64,000 nucleotides of DNA. Origin: an archaeon (GTDB taxonomy: Archaea; Nanobdellota; Nanobdellia; Woesearchaeales; GW2011-AR9). Position numbers and translations under genes: made by a program. The number at the start of each line of letters is the position of its first letter. Position 1 is the first letter of the stretch. Below the pieces are notes generated by a model. The model did not search any database. It was not told the DNA's origin and was given only the letters and a program-made list of their open reading frames with translations. Below are positions 39,656-48,626 of this stretch, piece by piece. Location: positions 1,802 to 65,801 of the forward strand of contig JABHQR010000013.1 in assembly GCA_018696395.1 (NCBI GenBank), in the 5' to 3' direction.

Positions 39656-41377
39656 TTGGAGGCAAGAAAAATGAGATATAAAAATACTTACGATGAACTT
39701 ATGTCAATCTATTCAGATAGATTAGATGATAATATCAGGTTCGTATTAGAACCAGGTATGTTTAAAACATCAAATCAAATTGAAACAATTACTGAGCAAT
39801 TATATTCACAAAAAGATAATGTTGAAAAATTAAGAAAAAAGGATTATAATCAATTGTCTATTGATGAGCTAATCAAAGTTAGTATTCAAATGGTATCATT
39901 AGAAGACACTTGCCAAAATCTTCAACAACAACACAGGTCTATACCAGAAAGAGATAATTATGAACTTCTTGCCACTAAAATTTTAGACATAAGCCAAAGA
40001 ATTGATGATGGTTTCATTAACATAGCAAACGAATTAAAAGATGATTTTGAAGTTAGATATAGTTCACTAAAAAATTTGAGGCCAGGAGATATTGAACAGG
40101 CTGGAGAATTAAGGTCAGAATTAAATCACCTAATCTCAAAAGTAGATTACTTTGAAGAGATATTTGACCAAAGAAAAATTGATCAATCAGTGATGAATGA
40201 AATTAAAAGTAATTTTAATAATTATATGCAAGAAAGTAAGGAGATTAATTCAATTACACAAAATTTTAATAATATTGTTGAAACTTATCAATCATTATCA
40301 ACATCCCACGAGATTAGAAAATTCATTAGATCAAATTTAAGAAATTTTGAAAATAGAATTATTAAAGGAAAATTACTCAAAGATTGTGAATCTGCAAATT
40401 ATCATGAAATGATTCCTAAAATTGAATTTTTAAAAGAAGAGTTTAATTCTATGTTAGAAAATTCTGAAGATTCAATTAATCTTAGAAATGAAATGAGATC
40501 ATACTTGGAAGGATTAGAAACAATTTCAGATTATGTTGATAGTATGGGCAGTGAAGATAAAATTGTTAAAACTAAAGATAAAGTTATATTAAATAGAATT
40601 ATCAATAATATCAACCCAGATAGATTTTCTCAAGAAAAAGGATCAATTTATTTAGATTCTTTAGTTTCTCAAGTTAGTTCCACAGCTTCAGAAATAATGA
40701 ACAAAGTAAAACAATTATATCAACAAGATTTTGATTTTGAGATTTCCAGATATAATTTAGGAATTAAAGGGAGATTATTGGAAAAAATAACTCTCTCGGA
40801 TTCAGAAGAAAATATTTGTTCCATGATAGATAATTATAATCTACTTAATCAGGAAGTAACTTTGTTCTTAAACAATCAATATAATGGTAAAATTGAACAA
40901 GTTAAATATTTACAAAAATGTCAAGATAAAATTAAAAATCATTTGGCAAAAACTTCAGAATTAAGTAATGATAATTTAAAAATTAAATTTGAAAGTCTAA
41001 ACAGTTTAATTGAAATTTATTCTAAAAGAGCATTTTTTGACATCACTGGTAATCAAACAAGGGATTATGAGACATCTAACACCCCATCAAATGGAAATAA
41101 AAATAATGGTATAGAAAACAACAATAGTACTAATATTAATTCCAAAAATGAATTAATTAGTTTTGCTTACCAAGCGCACCAAGATTGTCAATCTGAAGAA
41201 TTGAAACAAATTTGTGCAGACATAAGTTGTATTGACAGGAATGGATATCTTAAACCGTTATACAAGCGAGCTGGAAAGATTAAAGATCAATTGTCTGAGA
41301 TTAAAATTGAAGATTTACAAGATTATGAAAGATTGACTTACCGATCAATTGAAACTGCAATGGGCAGTTTGTTTTGA
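39656..41377 (+). CDS. Large coiled-coil protein (hypothetical)
   Basis: 573 aa, predominantly helical with heptad-like repeats. Confidence 0.5.
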   Translation: MEARKMRYKNTYDELMSIYSDRLDDNIRFVLEPGMFKTSNQIETITEQLYSQKDNVEKLRKKDYNQLSIDELIKVSIQMVSLEDTCQNLQQQHRSIPERDNYELLATKILDISQRIDDGFINIANELKDDFEVRYSSLKNLRPGDIEQAGELRSELNHLISKVDYFEEIFDQRKIDQSVMNEIKSNFNNYMQESKEINSITQNFNNIVETYQSLSTSHEIRKFIRSNLRNFENRIIKGKLLKDCESANYHEMIPKIEFLKEEFNSMLENSEDSINLRNEMRSYLEGLETISDYVDSMGSEDKIVKTKDKVILNRIINNINPDRFSQEKGSIYLDSLVSQVSSTASEIMNKVKQLYQQDFDFEISRYNLGIKGRLLEKITLSDSEENICSMIDNYNLLNQEVTLFLNNQYNGKIEQVKYLQKCQDKIKNHLAKTSELSNDNLKIKFESLNSLIEIYSKRAFFDITGNQTRDYETSNTPSNGNKNNGIENNNSTNINSKNELISFAYQAHQDCQSEELKQICADISCIDRNGYLKPLYKRAGKIKDQLSEIKIEDLQDYERLTYRSIETAMGSLF

Positions 41378-41392
41378 AATAATTATTTTTTA

Positions 41393-42769
41393 TTATTCTA
41401 TTGTAAAATTTAAAGTATTTGACCTTCCGATTACCTCCCCAGAAAATCTGTTATAACATTGAACTGCCATTTCAAATTCTGAAATATCTATGCCTGACAA
41501 TAAATCAAAAATTAAAACATGATCAAAAGGATTAAAATATTGTATTTTATTTGAATTTAGTGTTAAACTTTCAATTGAATTAACATAAGATGCAACAACA
41601 TCACAATTACCATTAGAATAACCAGAATTATTAATTAAATGACAAAAATTTTTGTGTCCAGAATGAATTATTGGATCAATAGAGTTATCAAGACAAGATA
41701 ATTCAAAATTTTCATTATGTTTTTTTCTTTCAAATTCAAATTTGTACCAAGTACTGGTTCCTGAATCTTCAAGAATAGCATTTGAATTTGAGTTAATTAA
41801 TAAACTCAAATTAGAATCAATTAAAATAGGGGATTCCCTCCCAACACTAGTTACAGATTCCCCTCTTTCTTCTGCTTCAGCCATCCTTTGTTGACTTGTT
41901 TGAGAATGTGAAAAATGAGGCAAAGTTAATGCACCATTATTTTCAAAACTGCCCATGGTTCCATTTTGATATTCCCCACCATAATTATGTTCTCTTAAAC
42001 TTTCTTGAAGTTCAGTTAAACTAGTCATAAGAGGATTGTCAATAGGTAAACTTATATCTTGAGAACCTTGCTCCAAGTTATGTAAATAAATTTCATCAGA
42101 ATTTTCATTAGCATTAGTTAAAAAACCAAGTAATTCTTCAGGACTAACTCTTTCCACTAAAGGAGTTACATCTTGTTCAATATTATTTTGATTAGCATCA
42201 TTTAAACTAGGTGTTGTTGAAACTCTTCTAGAATGTGGTTTTTTATCAGCATAACTAAATTCTTGTTCAGAAAAACCTAATTCTTCAACTTGAGAAACTG
42301 GATAGTTAACAAAATAATGACTATAATTATCGCCAGACTTAATTTCAGTAATTGAACCATGTAAAGATGACATAACAACCCAACCTGAACCATATGAATT
42401 GTTATCAGAACTACAAAATAGATTAAAATTCAAGTTATAATTTTCGCCTAACGTAGCGTTAAGTCTTGTTATATCTAATTTATTTCCTGGTAAAGAAAGA
42501 TTATCTAAAGATACAACATTACCATCTTTTACTACAACATATTTCAAATTACATCGCTGCCAATTAGTTAACATGTTAACAGGACCTAACCAACAGAAAT
42601 CACCATCATCTAAAGGCACATTTTTATTACACGCAATTTTACCATCAAAATAATAAAATGATTGTGTTCTTTTTTGTTCTTTTTGTTTTTCAAGTTCAGA
42701 AAGTTTTGATCCTTCTTCGTTTGCCTTATTTATATCTTCTTCACCCATTATACTTACTACAAGTTCCAA
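41393..42769 (-). CDS. Hypothetical protein (first gene of the convergent minus-strand array)
   Basis: 458 aa with no recognisable catalytic motif. Confidence 0.5.
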   Translation of the reverse strand: MELVVSIMGEEDINKANEEGSKLSELEKQKEQKRTQSFYYFDGKIACNKNVPLDDGDFCWLGPVNMLTNWQRCNLKYVVVKDGNVVSLDNLSLPGNKLDITRLNATLGENYNLNFNLFCSSDNNSYGSGWVVMSSLHGSITEIKSGDNYSHYFVNYPVSQVEELGFSEQEFSYADKKPHSRRVSTTPSLNDANQNNIEQDVTPLVERVSPEELLGFLTNANENSDEIYLHNLEQGSQDISLPIDNPLMTSLTELQESLREHNYGGEYQNGTMGSFENNGALTLPHFSHSQTSQQRMAEAEERGESVTSVGRESPILIDSNLSLLINSNSNAILEDSGTSTWYKFEFERKKHNENFELSCLDNSIDPIIHSGHKNFCHLINNSGYSNGNCDVVASYVNSIESLTLNSNKIQYFNPFDHVLIFDLLSGIDISEFEMAVQCYNRFSGEVIGRSNTLNFTIE

Positions 42770-42798
42770 AGATTGTTCATTTGCTAGACTAATCTCTT

Positions 42799-44802
42799 CT
42801 ACTTCTGGCCTATAGACTTTTTTTTTATCCCCGAAGAAGGGGAAGAGGTTTGTAATCCACCACGTCTTGGAATTGATTCAGAATTCTCTTTTGGAGGACA
42901 ACAATAAGTATGTTCTTCACAAACTTGAAGATTATTTTGTTCAATAAGTTCAGGAGTAGTATAATTATTTAAGTTTTTACAAAATCCCCCTTTTCTAGAT
43001 TTATCCTGACGACATTCATATTCGGACCAATTAGTTGGTGGCACAAAATCATCTTTAACATACTCACTACCACAAACAGATATTTTTGAAATCTCAACTG
43101 TTATTGGGATTGTACCTGAAGAATGTCTTTCTTTATAGTCACCATAATATTCCTGAATATCAGAAGACACATCAGAAATAAAAGGAGATATGTAATTTTT
43201 AATGGTATGTTTACCAATAGCATAAATTCCAATTGCTCCAGCTCCCACCATTAAAAATCCTAAAACACCTAAACTGGCATAAGCTGCTTCTCTTTTAAAA
43301 CCATTTAGACTAAACCCACTTTTGTTTACTAAAGGTTTAGTAACTATTTGTTCTTGTTTTTCAATTATCAAATTAATATTTGGTTTTACTAAAGGATCAT
43401 AAGTTTTCTTAGCATTGATATTAAAAGCCAATCCAAAACTATCTAACAAGACACTATCAGAATCATAATTATTATCAGTAATCAAATCAGATTTTTTATC
43501 AACATCAGAATAATATAATCCTAATGGCCCTAATATATCTTCAAAATCTGTTTCATTTAAGATTGATTTATATTCAGATTTTTTTTCGGAGGAATGCACA
43601 TATTCTACCATATCAATCCTTAAATTGAATTCTTCTTCAATTTTTGTTAATCTATCAGTAATATTTTTTGAATTTTTAAATCTTGATTTTCGATTAATAG
43701 CTGTACCTTCAAAAATTAAATCAACTAAGTTTCCTATTAATGAATCATAATCTTTAACATCTTTAGATTCTCCCTTAAATCTATCGTATGCTTGTTCAGT
43801 AATATCAACTTTTATAGATTTTAATTTAGTTTCTAAATTATCCTTTTTTTCTTTTTCAACTTCATCATTAAAGGAACGACTATTCGCAAAATTCCTGTCA
43901 TTTTCTGAGATATTATGATTATTATAAAAATGTTCAACTAGTCTACCTGTAAACATTAAGCAGACTAAATTTGCAGTACAATATGTGTCAATTTCTGGTA
44001 AAGCTTGACCATACTGTTTTAAGTCAGGGGGCGAATAAATTGAATTTGCAATTATATCATCTTTAGCATAATATTTGTTCTTGATATTTTCAGCAGATGC
44101 TTTATTAAATAGCTCTTTTACAGATTTATTTTTCTGCCTAGAGATTCCAAAATCATTAACAATACATCTTCTCTGCCCTATTTTCCCTACTAGAAGCATA
44201 TTACCAGGATTTAAATCAAAATGAATAATACCATCACCACCCATATTGTGATATATTTCTAATTGCTCAGATATATCATAAGAAATGTTAACAATTTCTT
44301 TTAATGATAATGGGGCGATATTATTAGAATGTACCTCGTGAGCAAATATTTCTTTATCTTCATTTTCAAAATTAGGAATTTTTACACCTAATAAAGATTC
44401 TAAAGTAGATAAAGTTTCAAATTTAGTTCTAAGATTATTAAAAAATAAACAAGTTGATTCATTAATTTGATAAGCACCCAAATATTCTCTTCCCTTAATT
44501 GCCCAATTATCATAAATTTCAGGAAATTTTTGTTTATTAAATGAAATAAATGTTTCAACGATATTTTCATTATGAATTATTTGAGATGAATCTGAGATTG
44601 GACATAGATCAGGATCATTAGTTGTTGTTTTTAAGAAACTATTAGCTTCATTACGATCTTCAGGAGGATTTCCTCCTAAATGGGCAGTAAATCTCATGGA
44701 GATAGACCCTTTATGAGCTGAGTCAGATAAAGGATTCCAAATTCTAACTTTATCTTTCTTGGAATCTTCAGTTACATAGTCTTTGTATTGTTTTTTTGTC
44801 AT
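42799..44802 (-). CDS. Membrane-spanning eukaryotic-like Ser/Thr protein kinase-domain protein with a C-terminal Cys-rich ectodomain (receptor-like)
   Basis: 667 aa. Catalytic loop IIHFDLNPGNMLL (HxDLxPxN) followed 13 residues later by NDFGIS (DFG). A single TM helix (AAYASLGVLGFLMVGAGAIGIYAIG), then a C-terminal ~150 aa region with about 8 Cys. Confidence 0.7.
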   Translation of the reverse strand: MTKKQYKDYVTEDSKKDKVRIWNPLSDSAHKGSISMRFTAHLGGNPPEDRNEANSFLKTTTNDPDLCPISDSSQIIHNENIVETFISFNKQKFPEIYDNWAIKGREYLGAYQINESTCLFFNNLRTKFETLSTLESLLGVKIPNFENEDKEIFAHEVHSNNIAPLSLKEIVNISYDISEQLEIYHNMGGDGIIHFDLNPGNMLLVGKIGQRRCIVNDFGISRQKNKSVKELFNKASAENIKNKYYAKDDIIANSIYSPPDLKQYGQALPEIDTYCTANLVCLMFTGRLVEHFYNNHNISENDRNFANSRSFNDEVEKEKKDNLETKLKSIKVDITEQAYDRFKGESKDVKDYDSLIGNLVDLIFEGTAINRKSRFKNSKNITDRLTKIEEEFNLRIDMVEYVHSSEKKSEYKSILNETDFEDILGPLGLYYSDVDKKSDLITDNNYDSDSVLLDSFGLAFNINAKKTYDPLVKPNINLIIEKQEQIVTKPLVNKSGFSLNGFKREAAYASLGVLGFLMVGAGAIGIYAIGKHTIKNYISPFISDVSSDIQEYYGDYKERHSSGTIPITVEISKISVCGSEYVKDDFVPPTNWSEYECRQDKSRKGGFCKNLNNYTTPELIEQNNLQVCEEHTYCCPPKENSESIPRRGGLQTSSPSSGIKKKSIGQK

Positions 44803-44831
44803 TCTAATTTTTATGACCTCATATTTTTCAT

Positions 44832-46097
44832 CTATTCACTTTGAGTTTTTGGACAACAAGCATGAAATGGCTTTTTGCTGGAATACACTTCATTTATTTT
44901 TTCTTGAGTTTCAAAACCAGCGATAGTTACATCCATTAATTCACACCCCAATATGCTGGGTTCATATAAATGAATCCATTCCTCAGTAAAATAACCTTTA
45001 TAACTAAGGCAACCATTATGGGTAACATCACTTAATTCTGCAACCCTACATTCATAATCTGCAACTTCAGGAATTTTACTAAACCCACACAATACTGTTT
45101 GAGGATTATTTGATGTGTCAAATACAACAGGTAGCCCATGAGGATTATCATCTTCTGAAGAATATTTCACATCTTCAACAAGCCCATTATTTTGTAATTC
45201 AGTTACTGGAATGGTATTAATTACCGCTTGGTTTGTTGAATTATCATGTTCTATTCTAACTTCAAGTAGTTCTGAATTAATTTTTGGAGTATTACATTTC
45301 GCTTTAATATACAGGTGATTAAGTTGGTTAATGACTTCTTCACCTTGAACAAGATTTAATTGATTAATAACATCATTTAAATTTATTATTACCGAATCAT
45401 TTTGAAAAATATAATTTGACATTTGAGTCATTTCACTTACTAAATTTAATTTTGCCCAAACAATACATCCACTTTTAGTAGGTTGATCATAATCAAACAG
45501 TTTAATTGTACAAGTTTCGTCTTCATCACTACTAAAAATAATACTACCAGGACAATTTTCGAATTTAAAGTAAGGTTCTTTTACATTTTCAATGGGATTA
45601 TTTTCTGGTTCACTTAAACGTTTGATTGTTTCATCAACATTGTAAGTTTGAGAGTTATCTTCTGGAGATAAATATTCATTTTGATTTAGATAATGTACCA
45701 CCCCAATTGAAGTTAAAATTAATCCAGAAAAAATAAAGCCGAGATTACGTTGTCTTTTCAATTTTTTAAATTTAGTGATTACTGCATCACGAACTTCAAT
45801 AGAAGTTAAATCAGCATTTAACTTAAGATTATCTTGGAGTGTAATAAGATGGGAATTATTCTGTTGAATTAATTCTTCAACACTTACTTTTAATTTCTCA
45901 ATACCTTCTTCAGTATAATCAATGTTAATGTTTTCTTCTTTACCATAAAGTGCTTCAGAAATTGGTTGAATTATTTTTTCTAAAGTTTTATTTTTAGATT
46001 GAAAATCACTAGTGATTTCACTTAATCTGTCAAGAGTACTACGTAATTCTTTACAATAGTTTACTAATTCCGATGACTTAATTGTTTTTTTTGACAT
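44832..46097 (-). CDS. Type II-like membrane protein: N-terminal coiled-coil, one TM, Cys-containing C-terminal domain
   Basis: 421 aa. TM LGFIFSGLILTSIGVVHYL. Its first ~30 codons and upstream region are duplicated at 46345-46440. Confidence 0.55.
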   Translation of the reverse strand: MSKKTIKSSELVNYCKELRSTLDRLSEITSDFQSKNKTLEKIIQPISEALYGKEENINIDYTEEGIEKLKVSVEELIQQNNSHLITLQDNLKLNADLTSIEVRDAVITKFKKLKRQRNLGFIFSGLILTSIGVVHYLNQNEYLSPEDNSQTYNVDETIKRLSEPENNPIENVKEPYFKFENCPGSIIFSSDEDETCTIKLFDYDQPTKSGCIVWAKLNLVSEMTQMSNYIFQNDSVIINLNDVINQLNLVQGEEVINQLNHLYIKAKCNTPKINSELLEVRIEHDNSTNQAVINTIPVTELQNNGLVEDVKYSSEDDNPHGLPVVFDTSNNPQTVLCGFSKIPEVADYECRVAELSDVTHNGCLSYKGYFTEEWIHLYEPSILGCELMDVTIAGFETQEKINEVYSSKKPFHACCPKTQSE

Positions 46098-46107
46098 TTT
46101 ATTTTTT
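46013..46107. repeat. Direct repeat copy A (~95 nt, ~97% identical to 46345-46440), covering the 5' coding end and upstream region of 44832-46097
   Basis: tgatttcacttaatctgtcaagagtactacgtaattctttacaatagtttactaattccgatgacttaattgttttttttgacattttatttttt. Confidence 0.75.
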
Positions 46108-46429
46108 AAATTGTTAAACTTAAACTAAAACCATATTCAAAATTAGATGAATTTGCTAATTTTCTTTTACTATCTGAATCTTCAATAATCAATAAATCAT
46201 CTAATTCATAAAATTTATTTTTAGGTTCATAGATTTCTAATTGGGCATGTAATCTTTTATTTTCAATTATAATTAAATTATAATTAACTTCTAAAATATT
46301 ATAATTAACTTCAAGTTCTTCTGATTTTCTTTTATATCCCTCTGTGATTTCACTTAATTCGTCAAGAGTACTACGTAATTCTTTACAATAGTTTACTAAT
46401 TCCGATGACTTAATTGTTTTTTTTGACAT
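46106..46429 (-). CDS. Small protein sharing an identical N-terminal 25-30 aa with 44832-46097 (truncated or diverged paralog, possibly a pseudogene remnant)
   Basis: 107 aa. MSKKTIKSSELVNYCKELRSTLD(E/R)LSEIT is identical to the larger neighbour. The rest is unrelated and repetitive (LEVNYN twice). Confidence 0.4.
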   Translation of the reverse strand: MSKKTIKSSELVNYCKELRSTLDELSEITEGYKRKSEELEVNYNILEVNYNLIIIENKRLHAQLEIYEPKNKFYELDDLLIIEDSDSKRKLANSSNFEYGFSLSLTI

Positions 46430-46440
46430 TTTATTATTTT
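46345..46440. repeat. Direct repeat copy B, covering the 5' coding end and upstream region of 46106-46429
   Basis: tgatttcacttaattcgtcaagagtactacgtaattctttacaatagtttactaattccgatgacttaattgttttttttgacattttattatttt. It differs from copy A by a 2 nt swap and a 1 nt indel. Confidence 0.75.
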
Positions 46441-46442
46441 AA

Positions 46443-48626
46443 TTAGGATTTAAATTTTTTTAAAAGTTTAGATCCATCAAATTCATTGTATGAATCATAA
46501 AATAGCTTATCTGCTGGTAGCTCAATATCTTCAATTTGGTTATCAGTATCTTGTTCACTTTCAAAGCCAGGTTCTTCAGCAGAGGTCATATCTTCTGATG
46601 TTTGAGTAACCATTACTTCGTTGACAACATCATGATCAAATTTTGGTACAGATTCTAAATTATGTTCTAACTCAGAATTGATACTCTCAGGCTGATGTGC
46701 ACCATTATCATTATCTTTAACCTGTAATCCTTGATGTAAAGTTTCAATTACTATTTTTTTTGTGTTAAGTTCTTCTTTTAATTTTTCAAGTTCGTCTGTT
46801 TGGTTAAAAAAATCCTTTTGAAGAGTGATATAATTTCCTTGATGAGTACTTAATTCTTGACCCTGTGTTTCAAAAGAGACTTCCAACTGACTATATTTAT
46901 TTGTTTCAATTCTTAATGATTCTTTTACACCAGATAATTCATCTGTATGATATTCAAAAAATTGTTTGAAATTAGATAAAGAAATATCTCTTAAATTCCT
47001 CAACCTTTTAAGTTTATTTTTTAATTCTTTCTCACTTATCACTAATTTTTTTATTTCATCTTTAAATTTATCTTGATTATCTTCAAGAATATCAACAAGA
47101 TAACCTAACTTCCCAGCTTCATCATAAAAACAGATTAAATTTTGATCTAATTTTCCTAGTTCCAGTTCTTGCCTGCCTAATTCTGATTGAGAATGAAAAT
47201 AATTAATTTTCCAAAATATTTTTTCTCCTTGATTTTGTTCAGATTCTAATTTTAAATCGTTTATTCTAATTAAGTTACTTTCAAATAATTTTGAATTATA
47301 TTTTAAAACAGACTGGTTAAGATTTAAAGCAGTATTAATACGAGATACTTTTAATTTTGTTTCTTCAGATCCATCATAAAAATAGATTAAATTTTGAAAA
47401 GTTTCATTAAGTAATTCATTCTGATTGAAACATTTTCTTTTGAGAGACTTAACTCGAGATTCTAATTTAATCTTTTTTTTTTCAACCTTTTTATAATCTC
47501 CAAAAAATATTTTAAATGCATTATTTAAAATATCAAAAACGGTACATTTAGCTTGATAATTTGATTTTAAATCATCATAATCTTTACTTACCTGATCTAG
47601 TCTCCCCCCAGCATTAACTAATTCACCTTCAACATTTGATAGTTTGGATTCTAATTCCATTACCCTTTGATTAGAGTTAGCCATCTTACCTACTTGATCT
47701 TCTAAATCTACATACACTAAAGCAGTATCATCAAATTTCAAACTGTAAAAATTCTGAGAATCGTTCACAAAATCAACTAATTTAGAAATTTTATTTTCAC
47801 AATAAGCTTTAATTACCAGTTCAATATAATTTTCAATATTTTCATCTGTCATAGGGCCACTTTGACCAAGATCATACCTATTAAATACAAACTCGTTTAA
47901 TTTATCTACACCCAAACTTCTTAATCGATCTCTAGGATTTTCTACTTTATCTATCAAAACATTAATTTTTTGATCAGGGGTATAGCTCTTATCAATGATT
48001 ACTTTTTCAATAACTTTCCCAGGAACCCTATCAAGCCCATCAGTGTAAAGGAATAAAGCAGAAACATTTTCTAAAGAAATTTCTTTGTAATTTATCCTAT
48101 CTTCAATACTTCCCCTAACTCTCCCACCATTATCAAGTTCATTGTTAATTAAATCTGCTCCAACAACATTTGGAGGTGGAGGATTAGTTCCCACACCATG
48201 TTCACGAGCAATAATTTCAGGAGAATATTTTCCTGATTTAAGCACCCCTATTGCACTATCCCCAATATTAACAAGATACGCAGTATTTTCATTTTTATTT
48301 ACTAAAGCCAAAGATAATGTTGATTCTGAAATATTGTTTAAAAGTAATTTATTAGCCTCGATAACATTTTCCCTTAATAAATTTTCATAATCTTCAATTT
48401 CAGTGTATTGTAATATATTTTTGATGTTTCGGTGTAATTGAGATACTAATAAATTACTTGCCTCATTTCCTCTACGATCATTTCTCCCATCAGCTACAAT
48501 ATACAAACCAAATAGATTAGTAATTTCACTATTTTTTACTTCAAATTCTAAGTTCAACAAACTGTCATCATTCATTAAACGATATTGTCCGGAAATATTT
48601 TTTGCATATGATCTCATTTTACACAC
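46443..48626 (-). CDS. PP2C-like Ser/Thr phosphatase domain fused to a long C-terminal coiled-coil
   Basis: 727 aa. PP2C-like motifs LYIVADGRNDRRGNEAS (motif 1, with the conserved glycines substituted), NIGDSAIGVL (GDS motif) and LFLYTDGLDRV. A ~450 aa coiled-coil follows. The C-terminal module is paralogous to 57002-58240. Confidence 0.6.
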   Translation of the reverse strand: MCKMRSYAKNISGQYRLMNDDSLLNLEFEVKNSEITNLFGLYIVADGRNDRRGNEASNLLVSQLHRNIKNILQYTEIEDYENLLRENVIEANKLLLNNISESTLSLALVNKNENTAYLVNIGDSAIGVLKSGKYSPEIIAREHGVGTNPPPPNVVGADLINNELDNGGRVRGSIEDRINYKEISLENVSALFLYTDGLDRVPGKVIEKVIIDKSYTPDQKINVLIDKVENPRDRLRSLGVDKLNEFVFNRYDLGQSGPMTDENIENYIELVIKAYCENKISKLVDFVNDSQNFYSLKFDDTALVYVDLEDQVGKMANSNQRVMELESKLSNVEGELVNAGGRLDQVSKDYDDLKSNYQAKCTVFDILNNAFKIFFGDYKKVEKKKIKLESRVKSLKRKCFNQNELLNETFQNLIYFYDGSEETKLKVSRINTALNLNQSVLKYNSKLFESNLIRINDLKLESEQNQGEKIFWKINYFHSQSELGRQELELGKLDQNLICFYDEAGKLGYLVDILEDNQDKFKDEIKKLVISEKELKNKLKRLRNLRDISLSNFKQFFEYHTDELSGVKESLRIETNKYSQLEVSFETQGQELSTHQGNYITLQKDFFNQTDELEKLKEELNTKKIVIETLHQGLQVKDNDNGAHQPESINSELEHNLESVPKFDHDVVNEVMVTQTSEDMTSAEEPGFESEQDTDNQIEDIELPADKLFYDSYNEFDGSKLLKKFKS

